From: Gemmatimonadales bacterium
GTDB lineage: Bacteria; Gemmatimonadota; Gemmatimonadetes; Gemmatimonadales; GWC2-71-9
Direction: 5' to 3'
Assembly: GCA_039794085.1 (NCBI GenBank)
Contig: JBDIWC010000007.1
Coordinates: 32,001-96,000 of the forward strand
Length of the DNA: 64,000 bases
Part shown: positions 29,200 to 37,005 of the stretch, piece by piece
Layout: each line of letters begins with the position of its first letter
Numbering within the stretch: the first letter of the stretch is position 1
The notes under the pieces: generated by a model
The model's database searches: none
Told to the model about the DNA's origin: nothing
Seen by the model: only the letters and a program-made list of their open reading frames with translations
Program-made: the position numbers and the translations under genes

Positions 29200-30117
29200 T
29201 CAACAGACCTGAGAGAGAGCGGTGCCGGGCCCGCACCAGAATCCCACCATTTCACCCGCCGCCCACCCGAGGGCGAAGAGCGCCAGGAGGGGCAGTGACC
29301 GGAGCAACTCGCGGCGGTGGCGGCCTTTGTTCCAGATGGTCCTGACAATCCGCAAATAGAGTACCGGAGGGAGGGCCACCCGGGCCGCGCCGGCCACAAA
29401 GCGGGCCGCGACAGGGGTTCCCGAGGCCCGGACACCCGCCCAGGCCCGGGAATAGAGGTATCGCTGCGACAGGTACTCTCCCACAGAGTAGTGTTTCTTG
29501 TGGCCGACACGAATCTCGGGATGGGAGACCAGTACGACACCGCCTCGCTGCATGGCCGCGTGGAGGTGATCCTCCCACCGACCGGCTCGCCAGGCCTCGC
29601 GGTGGGCGAGCAGGAGTTCCCGGTCGTAGCTGGTGTTGTTTCCGGTGATCCCCGGCACCGGCCCCGCCGGAAGGGGGGGGATCAGGTGATGGTACTCGCA
29701 GAGAAATGCGGCCCAGTCCACCAGGCGCTCGGTGGCCGCATTCTCCACGGCGCCGCCCACCACCTGTTCCCCCCGGGCGTGCGCCTCGAGGTGGGCGCGG
29801 GCCCACCCGGGCGGCACGATCACGTGGTCCTCGATCACGGCCACCACGGGCGCCGTGGCCGCTTCGAAGGCGAGGGCGCGCAGATCGGGAATCGAGGTGT
29901 CCACCGGCGCGGCGAGGACCAGCACGGACGGGAACCGGCCCGCCACCTCACGCCGGAGTGCCTCACCGACCCGGTCCACCACCAGAATCTCCAGTGGCGT
30001 CCGACCCGATTCCTCCACCAGAGCAACCAGGCATCCCGCGAGATCACCCAGGCCATTGACCGAGGGCACCACGACAGAGAGCTGGGCGCCGGAAGAACCC
30101 GTCACGGGCCCGGTCAT
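29200..30117 (-). CDS. GT2-like glycosyltransferase (EDH in place of DxD)
   Basis: LSVVVPSV, VAVIEDH, VGGAVEN, GNNTSY, C-terminal TM. Confidence 0.75.
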   Translation of the reverse strand: MTGPVTGSSGAQLSVVVPSVNGLGDLAGCLVALVEESGRTPLEILVVDRVGEALRREVAGRFPSVLVLAAPVDTSIPDLRALAFEAATAPVVAVIEDHVIVPPGWARAHLEAHARGEQVVGGAVENAATERLVDWAAFLCEYHHLIPPLPAGPVPGITGNNTSYDRELLLAHREAWRAGRWEDHLHAAMQRGGVVLVSHPEIRVGHKKHYSVGEYLSQRYLYSRAWAGVRASGTPVAARFVAGAARVALPPVLYLRIVRTIWNKGRHRRELLRSLPLLALFALGWAAGEMVGFWCGPGTALSQVC

Positions 30118-31004
30118 CCTGCTCGCACTGTGCGGTCGGCCGTGGCATACCCCACGAACTCTCCCGCCGACCAGGCGGAGAGGAACAGCATGGTCCAGGG
30201 GAGGGCGCGCACGAACTCCCGGGGTGCTCCCCGTCCCCCCCGCCTCGCCACCCGCAGCAGCAGGACCGCCGGGAGAACCAGAGCCATGAGGGCCCGGAGA
30301 ATCCAATGCCCCCCCTCCTCGCTGAGCCGGGCCCGGGCGTAGGCACGGCCATGGTCAAACCGGTCCTTCACGAAGGGCGCCACGCCGTACGTCAGATCCT
30401 GAGCCACGACCGCATGTTCGATCCGGATCACCCGGTCGCCTCGGGCACGGAGCCGGTCGTGCACGACGTTTTCCCAGGCTCCCTCGCCCATCCACCGGGC
30501 CACGTCGTCCACGATCTCCGAGGTATAGAGCACGTTAGCTGCGGTGATCAGCCTCGGGTCGGTTCCCGCGCCTGGCGCCACCAGGCCGTACTCGGCAAAC
30601 CAGGCGCCAAGGTCGACCCCTCGCTGCCGGTGGGTCGTGTCGACCGGGCCTCCCACAGCGGCGGCGGATCCGGACGCAGCCAGAAGCCCGGCCAACCATC
30701 CCTCGCAGGCCAGGCAATGATCCTCGGTGAGGGCCACCCGCGCCCCCCTGCTCCGGGCCAGCCCCATCCCCCGTGCCCGGGGCACGCTCGGGGCCCCGTC
30801 CACGGGAACGAACACCGCCGAGGGCCAGTGGGGTGCCATTGCCTCTTCGAGCGGAGTTCCCCCCGAGTGGGCCACGACGAGCTCGGCGCCATGGCGAGCC
30901 GCCTCCGGTGCCACCGAGCGAAGGCACGCCTCGAGACGCTCGGCGCTGCGTACGGAGGCAACGACCACGGAGATCCCCGTGCGCCGATCGGTCGACTCGA
31001 TCAC
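30114..31004 (-). CDS. GT2-like glycosyltransferase (EDH in place of DxD)
   Basis: ISVVVAS, RARGMG, VALTEDH, VGGPVD; GTGA overlap; paralog of 29200-30117. Confidence 0.75.
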   Translation of the reverse strand: MIESTDRRTGISVVVASVRSAERLEACLRSVAPEAARHGAELVVAHSGGTPLEEAMAPHWPSAVFVPVDGAPSVPRARGMGLARSRGARVALTEDHCLACEGWLAGLLAASGSAAAVGGPVDTTHRQRGVDLGAWFAEYGLVAPGAGTDPRLITAANVLYTSEIVDDVARWMGEGAWENVVHDRLRARGDRVIRIEHAVVAQDLTYGVAPFVKDRFDHGRAYARARLSEEGGHWILRALMALVLPAVLLLRVARRGGRGAPREFVRALPWTMLFLSAWSAGEFVGYATADRTVRAG

Positions 31005-31438
31005 CCGGTTTCCGGGGGCTCGGGCCTCTCCACCCCAGCGGACCGGAGCCGCTCCAGGAGATCGGCAGTGCGTGGAGGGCATGGCTCCCAGAGGGGGGGC
31101 AGGCCGAGATGAGAACCCCGGGCGGATCCGATCTCCCGGAACACCACCACATTGCCCACGGCCCGGGCCACCCCGCGCACCCGGGGGCAGAGCCCGGCAT
31201 CCACCTCACCCTCGGGACATTCGACGACGCTCACCGGGCGAAGAACCCCCACCTGGGCGGGGAAGCGGTCGACAGGGACAATCACTTCCACGCCCGGTTG
31301 GGTTGCGAGATCCTCCAGGTGGGAGGTGACCGTGGTGGTCCACTCCACCGAAGTGGCATCGGTCAGCACAACGGACAGGGAGGGTCGGGGCCACGGTACC
31401 GCATATGGCTCCGGGACCCCGGGCATCGGCTCAGTCAC
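31001..31438 (-). CDS. Hypothetical protein, possibly a degenerate GT2 N-terminal module
   Basis: LSVVLTD..VEVIV..RVRGVARAVGNVVVF resembles the N-terminal strand order of GT-A; first gene after a promoter match. Confidence 0.5.
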   Translation of the reverse strand: MTEPMPGVPEPYAVPWPRPSLSVVLTDATSVEWTTTVTSHLEDLATQPGVEVIVPVDRFPAQVGVLRPVSVVECPEGEVDAGLCPRVRGVARAVGNVVVFREIGSARGSHLGLPPLWEPCPPRTADLLERLRSAGVERPEPPETG

Positions 31439-31479
31439 TGGTCACTCGCGGAAGCGGTCATGGAGATGGAGGGAGCCGG

Positions 31480-31495
31480 AGCAAGAGGGGTGCCG
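31480..31495 (-). promoter_or_regulatory. Putative sigma54 promoter (leftward operon)
   Basis: Minus strand CGGCACCCCTCTTGCT, close to the consensus TGGCAC-N5-TTGC. Confidence 0.65.
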
Positions 31496-31544
31496 TCTTC
31501 AGGGAAAAAGGCGGCTCCCCAACCGTTGCTTGTTCACTACAGTT

Positions 31545-31564
31545 GTGTTGTATTATTGCAACAC
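31545..31564. promoter_or_regulatory. Palindrome GTGTTG-N8-CAACAC (core GTTGT-N6-GCAAC) between divergent promoters
   Basis: GTGTTGTATTATTGCAACAC in an AT-rich intergenic patch. Confidence 0.55.
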
Positions 31565-31602
31565 TGGGGTATTGTTCCATCAGTTCACCCCGACAGGTGG
31601 TG

Positions 31603-31618
31603 GGGCCCACGGCTTGCA
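31603..31618 (+). promoter_or_regulatory. Putative sigma54 promoter (rightward)
   Basis: GGGCCCACGGCTTGCA = GG-N10-GC with TTGCA, 63 bp before GTG 31681. Confidence 0.5.
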
Positions 31619-31680
31619 GGCCGGATTGCCGGGAAGGCGCTTTCGCAATCGTTTCGGCGGTCTCACCCCGGGGGTCTTCC

Positions 31681-32601
31681 GTGGATCACGGCATCGCAGC
31701 ATCACAACCCGGGTCGGAGCTGCACGACTGGGTTGCGCTCCTCCGGCCGTCCCACTGGGTCAAGAACGGATTCATTCTGGCCCCCCTCCTCTTCTCCGGC
31801 AAGGCGGGAGACCTTGAGCTGGTGATCCGGACAGGACTCGGGGTTCTCCTCTTTGCCCTCCTGTCCAGCGGGGTCTACGCGATCAACGATGTGGTGGACC
31901 GGGAGGCGGACCGGGCCCATCCCGACAAGCGGCATCGTCCGGTGGCTCGGGGGGCCATCGCCCCGGGGAACGCCCTGGCGGCGGGCATCGGGCTGGTGGT
32001 CGCGGCGTTGGCGGGGGGAATGGCACTCGACACCGGCTTCGCCACCGTGGCCGCGGTATATCTGGGCCTGAACGTTCTCTATAGCCAATGGCTCAAGCAG
32101 GTCGTCCTGCTCGAGGTGTTCGTTCTCGCCGCCTTCTTTCTTCTTCGCCTGGAGGCGGGGGCCACTCTGATCGGAGTGATCCCGACGGTGTGGCTTCTCC
32201 TCTGTGGCGGCCTCCTGGCCCTCTTTCTCGGCTTTTCCAAGCGACGTCACGAGCTGACCCTGCTCGGAGACGGATCGGCGGGCCATCGGGCGGTGCTGGG
32301 GGAGTACAGCCCCGCCCTGCTCGACCAGATCACGACGGTCCTGCTCAGCGCCACGGTGATTTCCTACATCATGTACACCCTGGCATCGGACACGGCCTCG
32401 GTGGTTGGATCGAGCCGACTGACCTGGAGCACGGGGTTCGTGCTGTATGGCATGTTCCGGTTTCTCTATCTCGTGCACCGGCGCGAGGGCGGCAGTCCCG
32501 CCGAGACACTCTGGAGTGACCGTCCCCTCGCGGCAACCATCGCCCTCTGGGCGGTCTACTGTGGCTGGGTCATCTATCGCGCGGCCCCGATGGCCTCCTG
32601 A
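31681..32601 (+). CDS. UbiA-family decaprenyl/polyprenyl-phosphate phosphoribosyltransferase
   Basis: LRPSHWVKN, YAINDVVDREADRAHPDKRHRPVARG, FLGFSKRRHEL, ISYIMYT, YGMFRFLYL. Confidence 0.88.
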   Translation: MDHGIAASQPGSELHDWVALLRPSHWVKNGFILAPLLFSGKAGDLELVIRTGLGVLLFALLSSGVYAINDVVDREADRAHPDKRHRPVARGAIAPGNALAAGIGLVVAALAGGMALDTGFATVAAVYLGLNVLYSQWLKQVVLLEVFVLAAFFLLRLEAGATLIGVIPTVWLLLCGGLLALFLGFSKRRHELTLLGDGSAGHRAVLGEYSPALLDQITTVLLSATVISYIMYTLASDTASVVGSSRLTWSTGFVLYGMFRFLYLVHRREGGSPAETLWSDRPLAATIALWAVYCGWVIYRAAPMAS

Positions 32602-32679
32602 CGACCGGCGGCGTGGCCCGTCAGCCTCCGGGCGCGCCCTTCACGGCCTCCGCGGTGACCCCACCCCACCCCGGATTGA

Positions 32680-33158
32680 ACCACGGAGAACACGGAGGAC
32701 GCAGAGGGTTGGCGGCTCCCACGACACGCTCCTCGCCTCGCACGGCAGGCATCGGCAGGATGGGGGCCCTTCCACCCCCCAAAAACAGAATCCGGATCTC
32801 GGCGCGCGAGGCGTGGAACGACGGACATCACACGGAGACCCTCCGCGTCCGCCGCGTTCTCTGCGGTGATTCCTTCCCACCTTCCCCCTCGCCGACCCCC
32901 GGGCCTCGGCAGGATGAGGGGCCTTCCACCCCCCAACGACAAGACCAGGGCCTGGTGCGCACCCCCCGCCCCTCCCCGGTTTGAACCACAGAGAACACAG
33001 AGGACACAGAGGGTTGACGGCTCGCACGACACCTTCCTCGTCTCGCGCGGCAGGCATCGGCAGGATGGGGGGCCCTTCCACCCCCCAAAAACAGAATCCG
33101 GATCTCGGCGCGCGAGGCGTGGAACGATTCTTTCGCGTCTTCGCGTCTTCGCGTGAAC
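32680..33158. repeat. Second cluster of the ~190-bp 9-mer-ended element
   Basis: Copies at ~32680-32877 and ~32985-33158 with the same core as 12753-13283; the second ends in (TTCGCGTC)n. Confidence 0.85.
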
Positions 33159-33188
33159 CATTGGAGAACCTGCCTTCTCGGCACCCTT

Positions 33189-33233
33189 CTCACTCCTCAC
33201 TCCTCTCCCTTCACTCCTCGCTCCTCACTTCTC
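33189..33233. repeat. Degenerate heptamer tract (CTCACTC)n
   Basis: ctcactcctcactcctctcccttcactcctcgctcctcacttctc; includes the TGA stop of the minus-strand gene. Confidence 0.7.
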
Positions 33234-33917
33234 GCAGACGTACAGAACGTGGGGATACGGCAGGATGTCCGGCATGGGATAGACCTGGACCGAAAACCCC
33301 GCCTGCTGCAGCGCCGTGCGCAGCTCGTCCACCGGCCAGTAATAGAGCGGCTCGTCCCATCCCACCATCACCCGGTCGGTGATCCAGCTGACCCAGCGCT
33401 TGTACGCGGGAGTGTGGTCCACATCCTTGATGATGAAGCGCCCGCCCGGCTGCAGGCGCTCGTGAATGCCCTGGAGGAACCGGGGAACGGCCCCGCGCGG
33501 GAGATGGTGAATGATGTCGATGGCGTAGGCTGCGTCGAACAACCGATCCAGAGTGAGGTGAGCCGCGTCACCCACGGAGAACCGGACGTTGGGCAGCCCC
33601 AGGGACTCCGCCGCGGAACGGGCGGTCGTGACCCGCCGCTCGTCCAGGTCATACCCGTGGATGACCCGCTCCGGGTGCATGCGGGAGAAGTAGAGCCCGG
33701 ACAGGCCAAACCCGCAGCCGATCTCCAGCACGTCCCCCCGCTCGGGCAGGTACTCTCCGATGACATCCAGAAATCTCGGGCCCATGATGAGAAGACGAAT
33801 GCGGCAATACATCCGCAGGATCGGAGAGGGGAAGGCCCGCACCATACGGCGGAGGACCTGCCGTTGCGGGACAGCCGGGAGTCGGGACCCCTCGACCTGC
33901 GAAGCGGGGGAATTCAT
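33225..33917 (-). CDS. Class I SAM-dependent methyltransferase
   Basis: VLEIGCGFG, GYDLDERR, FDAAYAIDIIHH, PGGRFIIKD. Confidence 0.88.
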   Translation of the reverse strand: MNSPASQVEGSRLPAVPQRQVLRRMVRAFPSPILRMYCRIRLLIMGPRFLDVIGEYLPERGDVLEIGCGFGLSGLYFSRMHPERVIHGYDLDERRVTTARSAAESLGLPNVRFSVGDAAHLTLDRLFDAAYAIDIIHHLPRGAVPRFLQGIHERLQPGGRFIIKDVDHTPAYKRWVSWITDRVMVGWDEPLYYWPVDELRTALQQAGFSVQVYPMPDILPYPHVLYVCEK

Positions 33918-35539
33918 CGCGGGAGTCCGGGGTACGGCTTCATCGTGTTGCCCTCGAGCTCGAGGATGGTCCAGCGACCCAGGCTCACCCGTGGGGTCCC
34001 GCGAGTCAGAGCGGCCCGCGCCGCAGTGCCCTCGGGCAGCAGCACCCACCGGACGCCGTACTCCGACAGAAACTCGTTCGCCTCGGCGGCGTCCATCCGG
34101 CCCGCGTAGAAATCGTCGGAGAGTCGCGACTGCTCCTCGAAGGTGATGCTGAAGAGCCGGTTTCCGGCAAAGCTGTGCATCGGCACGGTCGAAAACCAGG
34201 TGGCCCGGTCCACCGGGGCCAACACGAGATCGGTGTGCCTGGCATTCTCCGCCAGCCAGTCACGGACCGCGACGTCGTCCTCGGCCATCAGACTGGTGAA
34301 GAGCCGCTCGGGGACGGCCGCGCGGCCGTCCTTCCAGGATTGCCGGTAGTACGCCGCGTAGGCGCTCACCGACAGCAGGACCAGCGTGACCAGTGCAGCC
34401 CTTCCGAGGCGGCGGTGCCGGGCCCAGAGACGCCCGACCGCGGGCGTTTGCCCCAGTTGTCGCACCAGCAGCATCGCGACGCCGTAGTGGAATCCGTCCA
34501 GAAAGTGCTGGGTCCACGGGATGAAGGGCAGATAGATCCCGATCAGGGCACAGGCGATCCAGCTCTGGAGGAGCAGGTCTGTGGGTGACGTCATCCTGCG
34601 GCGCACGACCAAGAGGAGACACGCCAGAGTGGCGGGCACGCCGAGGATGGCTGGAAGGAGGAGCGGAGGGGGGGGATCCCACCGGGTGATCGCTGCGGCG
34701 TCCCTCACCCAGGGATGCATCAGGGCGAGGGCCGCCATCGGCACAATACCCAGACCCCCCAGGAGGTTCAGGACAGCCACCTCCGGAACGGATCGCCGCC
34801 ACCGGGCGCCCCGCCAGATCAGCAGGGCGAGTGACCCCGCCGCCAGTATCAGGAAGGGCTCGTAGGGGTGGACCAATCCGCAGAGTACCACCGAGACCCC
34901 GGCACCGACCAGATATCGCCTCTTCTCCGTCTCCATGTACGCCGCCAGGAAGGCGAACGATGCGAGAGTGGCCACGGTGCCGTAGGTGACGAGGATGCTG
35001 CCGGCGATCCCGTGAAGGAACCCGTCGGAGGTGTACCAGACGAAGAATCCCAGACCCGGGAGCGGCGGCACCCCCAGCGCCTCGAGCGGCAGCAGGAGCG
35101 ACGGGAGGACCAGCAGGCTGGGAATCGGAATGGCGAGCACCATGACTCCGAGCGCCATCCACCGTTCCCTCGGCGTTTTCAGAAAGAATCCCAGGGCGGC
35201 GGACAGGGCATAGGCGGCCAGGACATAGAGCCCGAGGTGGGCGAGCAACCACCCCCAGGCGAGGGGAATGCCCGCGAACTGGGAGGACCGCGCCACCAGA
35301 AGGAGGAACGGTTTGAAGACGGCGGGTTCGGTCAGCCAGGGCGCCTGGAAGTTGGGGTGGAGCACCCGGCTCTCACTGGAACGAAGCCACGACTCGTAGA
35401 TCGAGTTGTCGGTGGCGTTCACGCGCAGCAGGTGCACGGAGCCCTCCGGGGTCTCGAGCCCGCCGCTCAGCACGGCAAGGTTGTTGAGTGTGAACAGCGC
35501 CAGGGCCAGGGCCAGGGGCAGAAGGCGTCGGATCAACAC
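33914..35539 (-). CDS. Multi-TM membrane protein, probable GT-C fold
   Basis: 'TDNSIYESW' in the first loop, about 11 TMs, soluble C-terminal domain (WLAENA..VLAP..FLSEYGVRWV). Confidence 0.6.
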   Translation of the reverse strand: MLIRRLLPLALALALFTLNNLAVLSGGLETPEGSVHLLRVNATDNSIYESWLRSSESRVLHPNFQAPWLTEPAVFKPFLLLVARSSQFAGIPLAWGWLLAHLGLYVLAAYALSAALGFFLKTPRERWMALGVMVLAIPIPSLLVLPSLLLPLEALGVPPLPGLGFFVWYTSDGFLHGIAGSILVTYGTVATLASFAFLAAYMETEKRRYLVGAGVSVVLCGLVHPYEPFLILAAGSLALLIWRGARWRRSVPEVAVLNLLGGLGIVPMAALALMHPWVRDAAAITRWDPPPPLLLPAILGVPATLACLLLVVRRRMTSPTDLLLQSWIACALIGIYLPFIPWTQHFLDGFHYGVAMLLVRQLGQTPAVGRLWARHRRLGRAALVTLVLLSVSAYAAYYRQSWKDGRAAVPERLFTSLMAEDDVAVRDWLAENARHTDLVLAPVDRATWFSTVPMHSFAGNRLFSITFEEQSRLSDDFYAGRMDAAEANEFLSEYGVRWVLLPEGTAARAALTRGTPRVSLGRWTILELEGNTMKPYPGLPR

Positions 35540-37005
35540 GGGTCGCCCTCCCTCCCCGGCCTCGCCGGATCACGAGTCAGCGCCGCTTGATAGTGCACCG
35601 ACCATCCCCGGAGCGGGCTCCGTTCCAGCGCCGCCTCGACGCGGAGAAGCGGGGCGAGCAGGGCTCGGGGGAGAAAGTCGGGAAGGAAGGTGAAATAGGC
35701 CAGGTCCGACAGGGTGAATCCCTCCGTGGCGCGCCACTGCCGCGGGGCGATCCACCACTCGGTGCCATCGTCGATGGTGCGGAGCAACGGGAAAAGGTAG
35801 CCCATGTAGAACCGGAAGAGCGGGTTGCGGGGGTTGCTCTCCTGCACGATGAGACGGCCTCCCGGCCGGAGCACCCGATGCACCTCGGCCACCGCCCGGG
35901 CCTGGGCCCGCGGATCGCCCACGTGATGCAGCACCCCGACGGTGTACACGAAGTCGAACGTCCGGCTCCGGAATGGAAGGGCGAGGGCGCTCCCGGCCGC
36001 GGCCCCTCCGTCTCCCACCCTCCCTTGCCGCAGGAGCGCCCGCGCCGGATCCACTCCGATCACCCGGAACCCGGCTTCGCGCAGGGCGAGCCGCTGGCGT
36101 CCGAGCCCGCATCCCAGGTCGAGGCCGAGGGGGCTCTCCGGGGCGCACTCCGAGGCGGCCCGCACCAGGTGGCCCACCCGGCGCCGGAGGAGGAGGTCCC
36201 AGACGTGGCCGGCAAACTGGTCCAGGTACTCCCCGGCGATCTCATCGAAATGCACCGCCGCATCCACGGCGGGCCGGCGCCGGCGGGATCGGATCAGCCC
36301 CACTCCCGCGACAACCGCTCCTCCGAGCACCGCCAGCATCCAAGCCCCGGCCACGAGCCGCGTCACCCGCTCGGGCCCGCCGAGCTCGGCCACCGGGTTC
36401 AGGGCCAGGAGACCGGAAAGGAATCCGCTGCTCCCCGCGTCGACGAGAGACCGGAGGGGCAGCGGCACGCCGGTCACCAGAGCCGTCACCCCCACAGCGC
36501 CAAGAGCCGGAAGCCACACCAGGAGCGAGATCCCCAGAGCTGCCCCCAGGGGAAGCGGCGTTCGGAACCGCTCGGCGGCGGGGGAGAATCGGTCGACGGG
36601 GTTCAAACGAAGCAGGATCCACAGCACGATCCAGAGCGCGACTCCTCCCGTCAGGACGGCGGCGACACTCGACCAGGAGCCAAGGGCGAGAGCGACCAGA
36701 ACGGTGAGGGCCCCAACATCGAGGACCCGTTCGAGCACCCAGGCGGGGAGCACTCTCCTCCATCCCGGACCCGGACTCCGGGCGCAGAGCCATCCGCGCA
36801 GGAGGGCCTCCCCCACCCCGAACGGGGTGAACCATCCGGGCAGCGCCGCGGCATACCGAACCAGACCCCAGCGGATCGGGGTCCGCAGGTCGAACCGGCG
36901 GAGGAGCCATTGCCAGCGGAGAAACCGCAGGAACCCCCAGACCATCATGAGCCCGGCGGCCGCTGTCACTGCCAGCGGCGACTGCCACGACCCGGCAGTC
37001 ATCAC
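35533..37005 (-). CDS. Fusion: LPG-synthase-TM/flippase-like domain + SAM methyltransferase
   Basis: N-terminus LRFLRWQWLL, FTPFGVGEALLR, VLERVLD; C-terminus LDLGCGLG, LPFRSRTFD, VLHH, RVLRPGG. Confidence 0.75.
   Translation of the reverse strand: MMTAGSWQSPLAVTAAAGLMMVWGFLRFLRWQWLLRRFDLRTPIRWGLVRYAAALPGWFTPFGVGEALLRGWLCARSPGPGWRRVLPAWVLERVLDVGALTVLVALALGSWSSVAAVLTGGVALWIVLWILLRLNPVDRFSPAAERFRTPLPLGAALGISLLVWLPALGAVGVTALVTGVPLPLRSLVDAGSSGFLSGLLALNPVAELGGPERVTRLVAGAWMLAVLGGAVVAGVGLIRSRRRRPAVDAAVHFDEIAGEYLDQFAGHVWDLLLRRRVGHLVRAASECAPESPLGLDLGCGLGRQRLALREAGFRVIGVDPARALLRQGRVGDGGAAAGSALALPFRSRTFDFVYTVGVLHHVGDPRAQARAVAEVHRVLRPGGRLIVQESNPRNPLFRFYMGYLFPLLRTIDDGTEWWIAPRQWRATEGFTLSDLAYFTFLPDFLPRALLAPLLRVEAALERSPLRGWSVHYQAALTRDPARPGREGDPC

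Noticed and set aside
25277..29236. 1319-aa oxidoreductase-GT fusion as a genuine single gene
   Set aside because: The middle ~390 aa is low-complexity off-frame translation of a real GT4 gene; the C13 tract explains it (kept as a finding).
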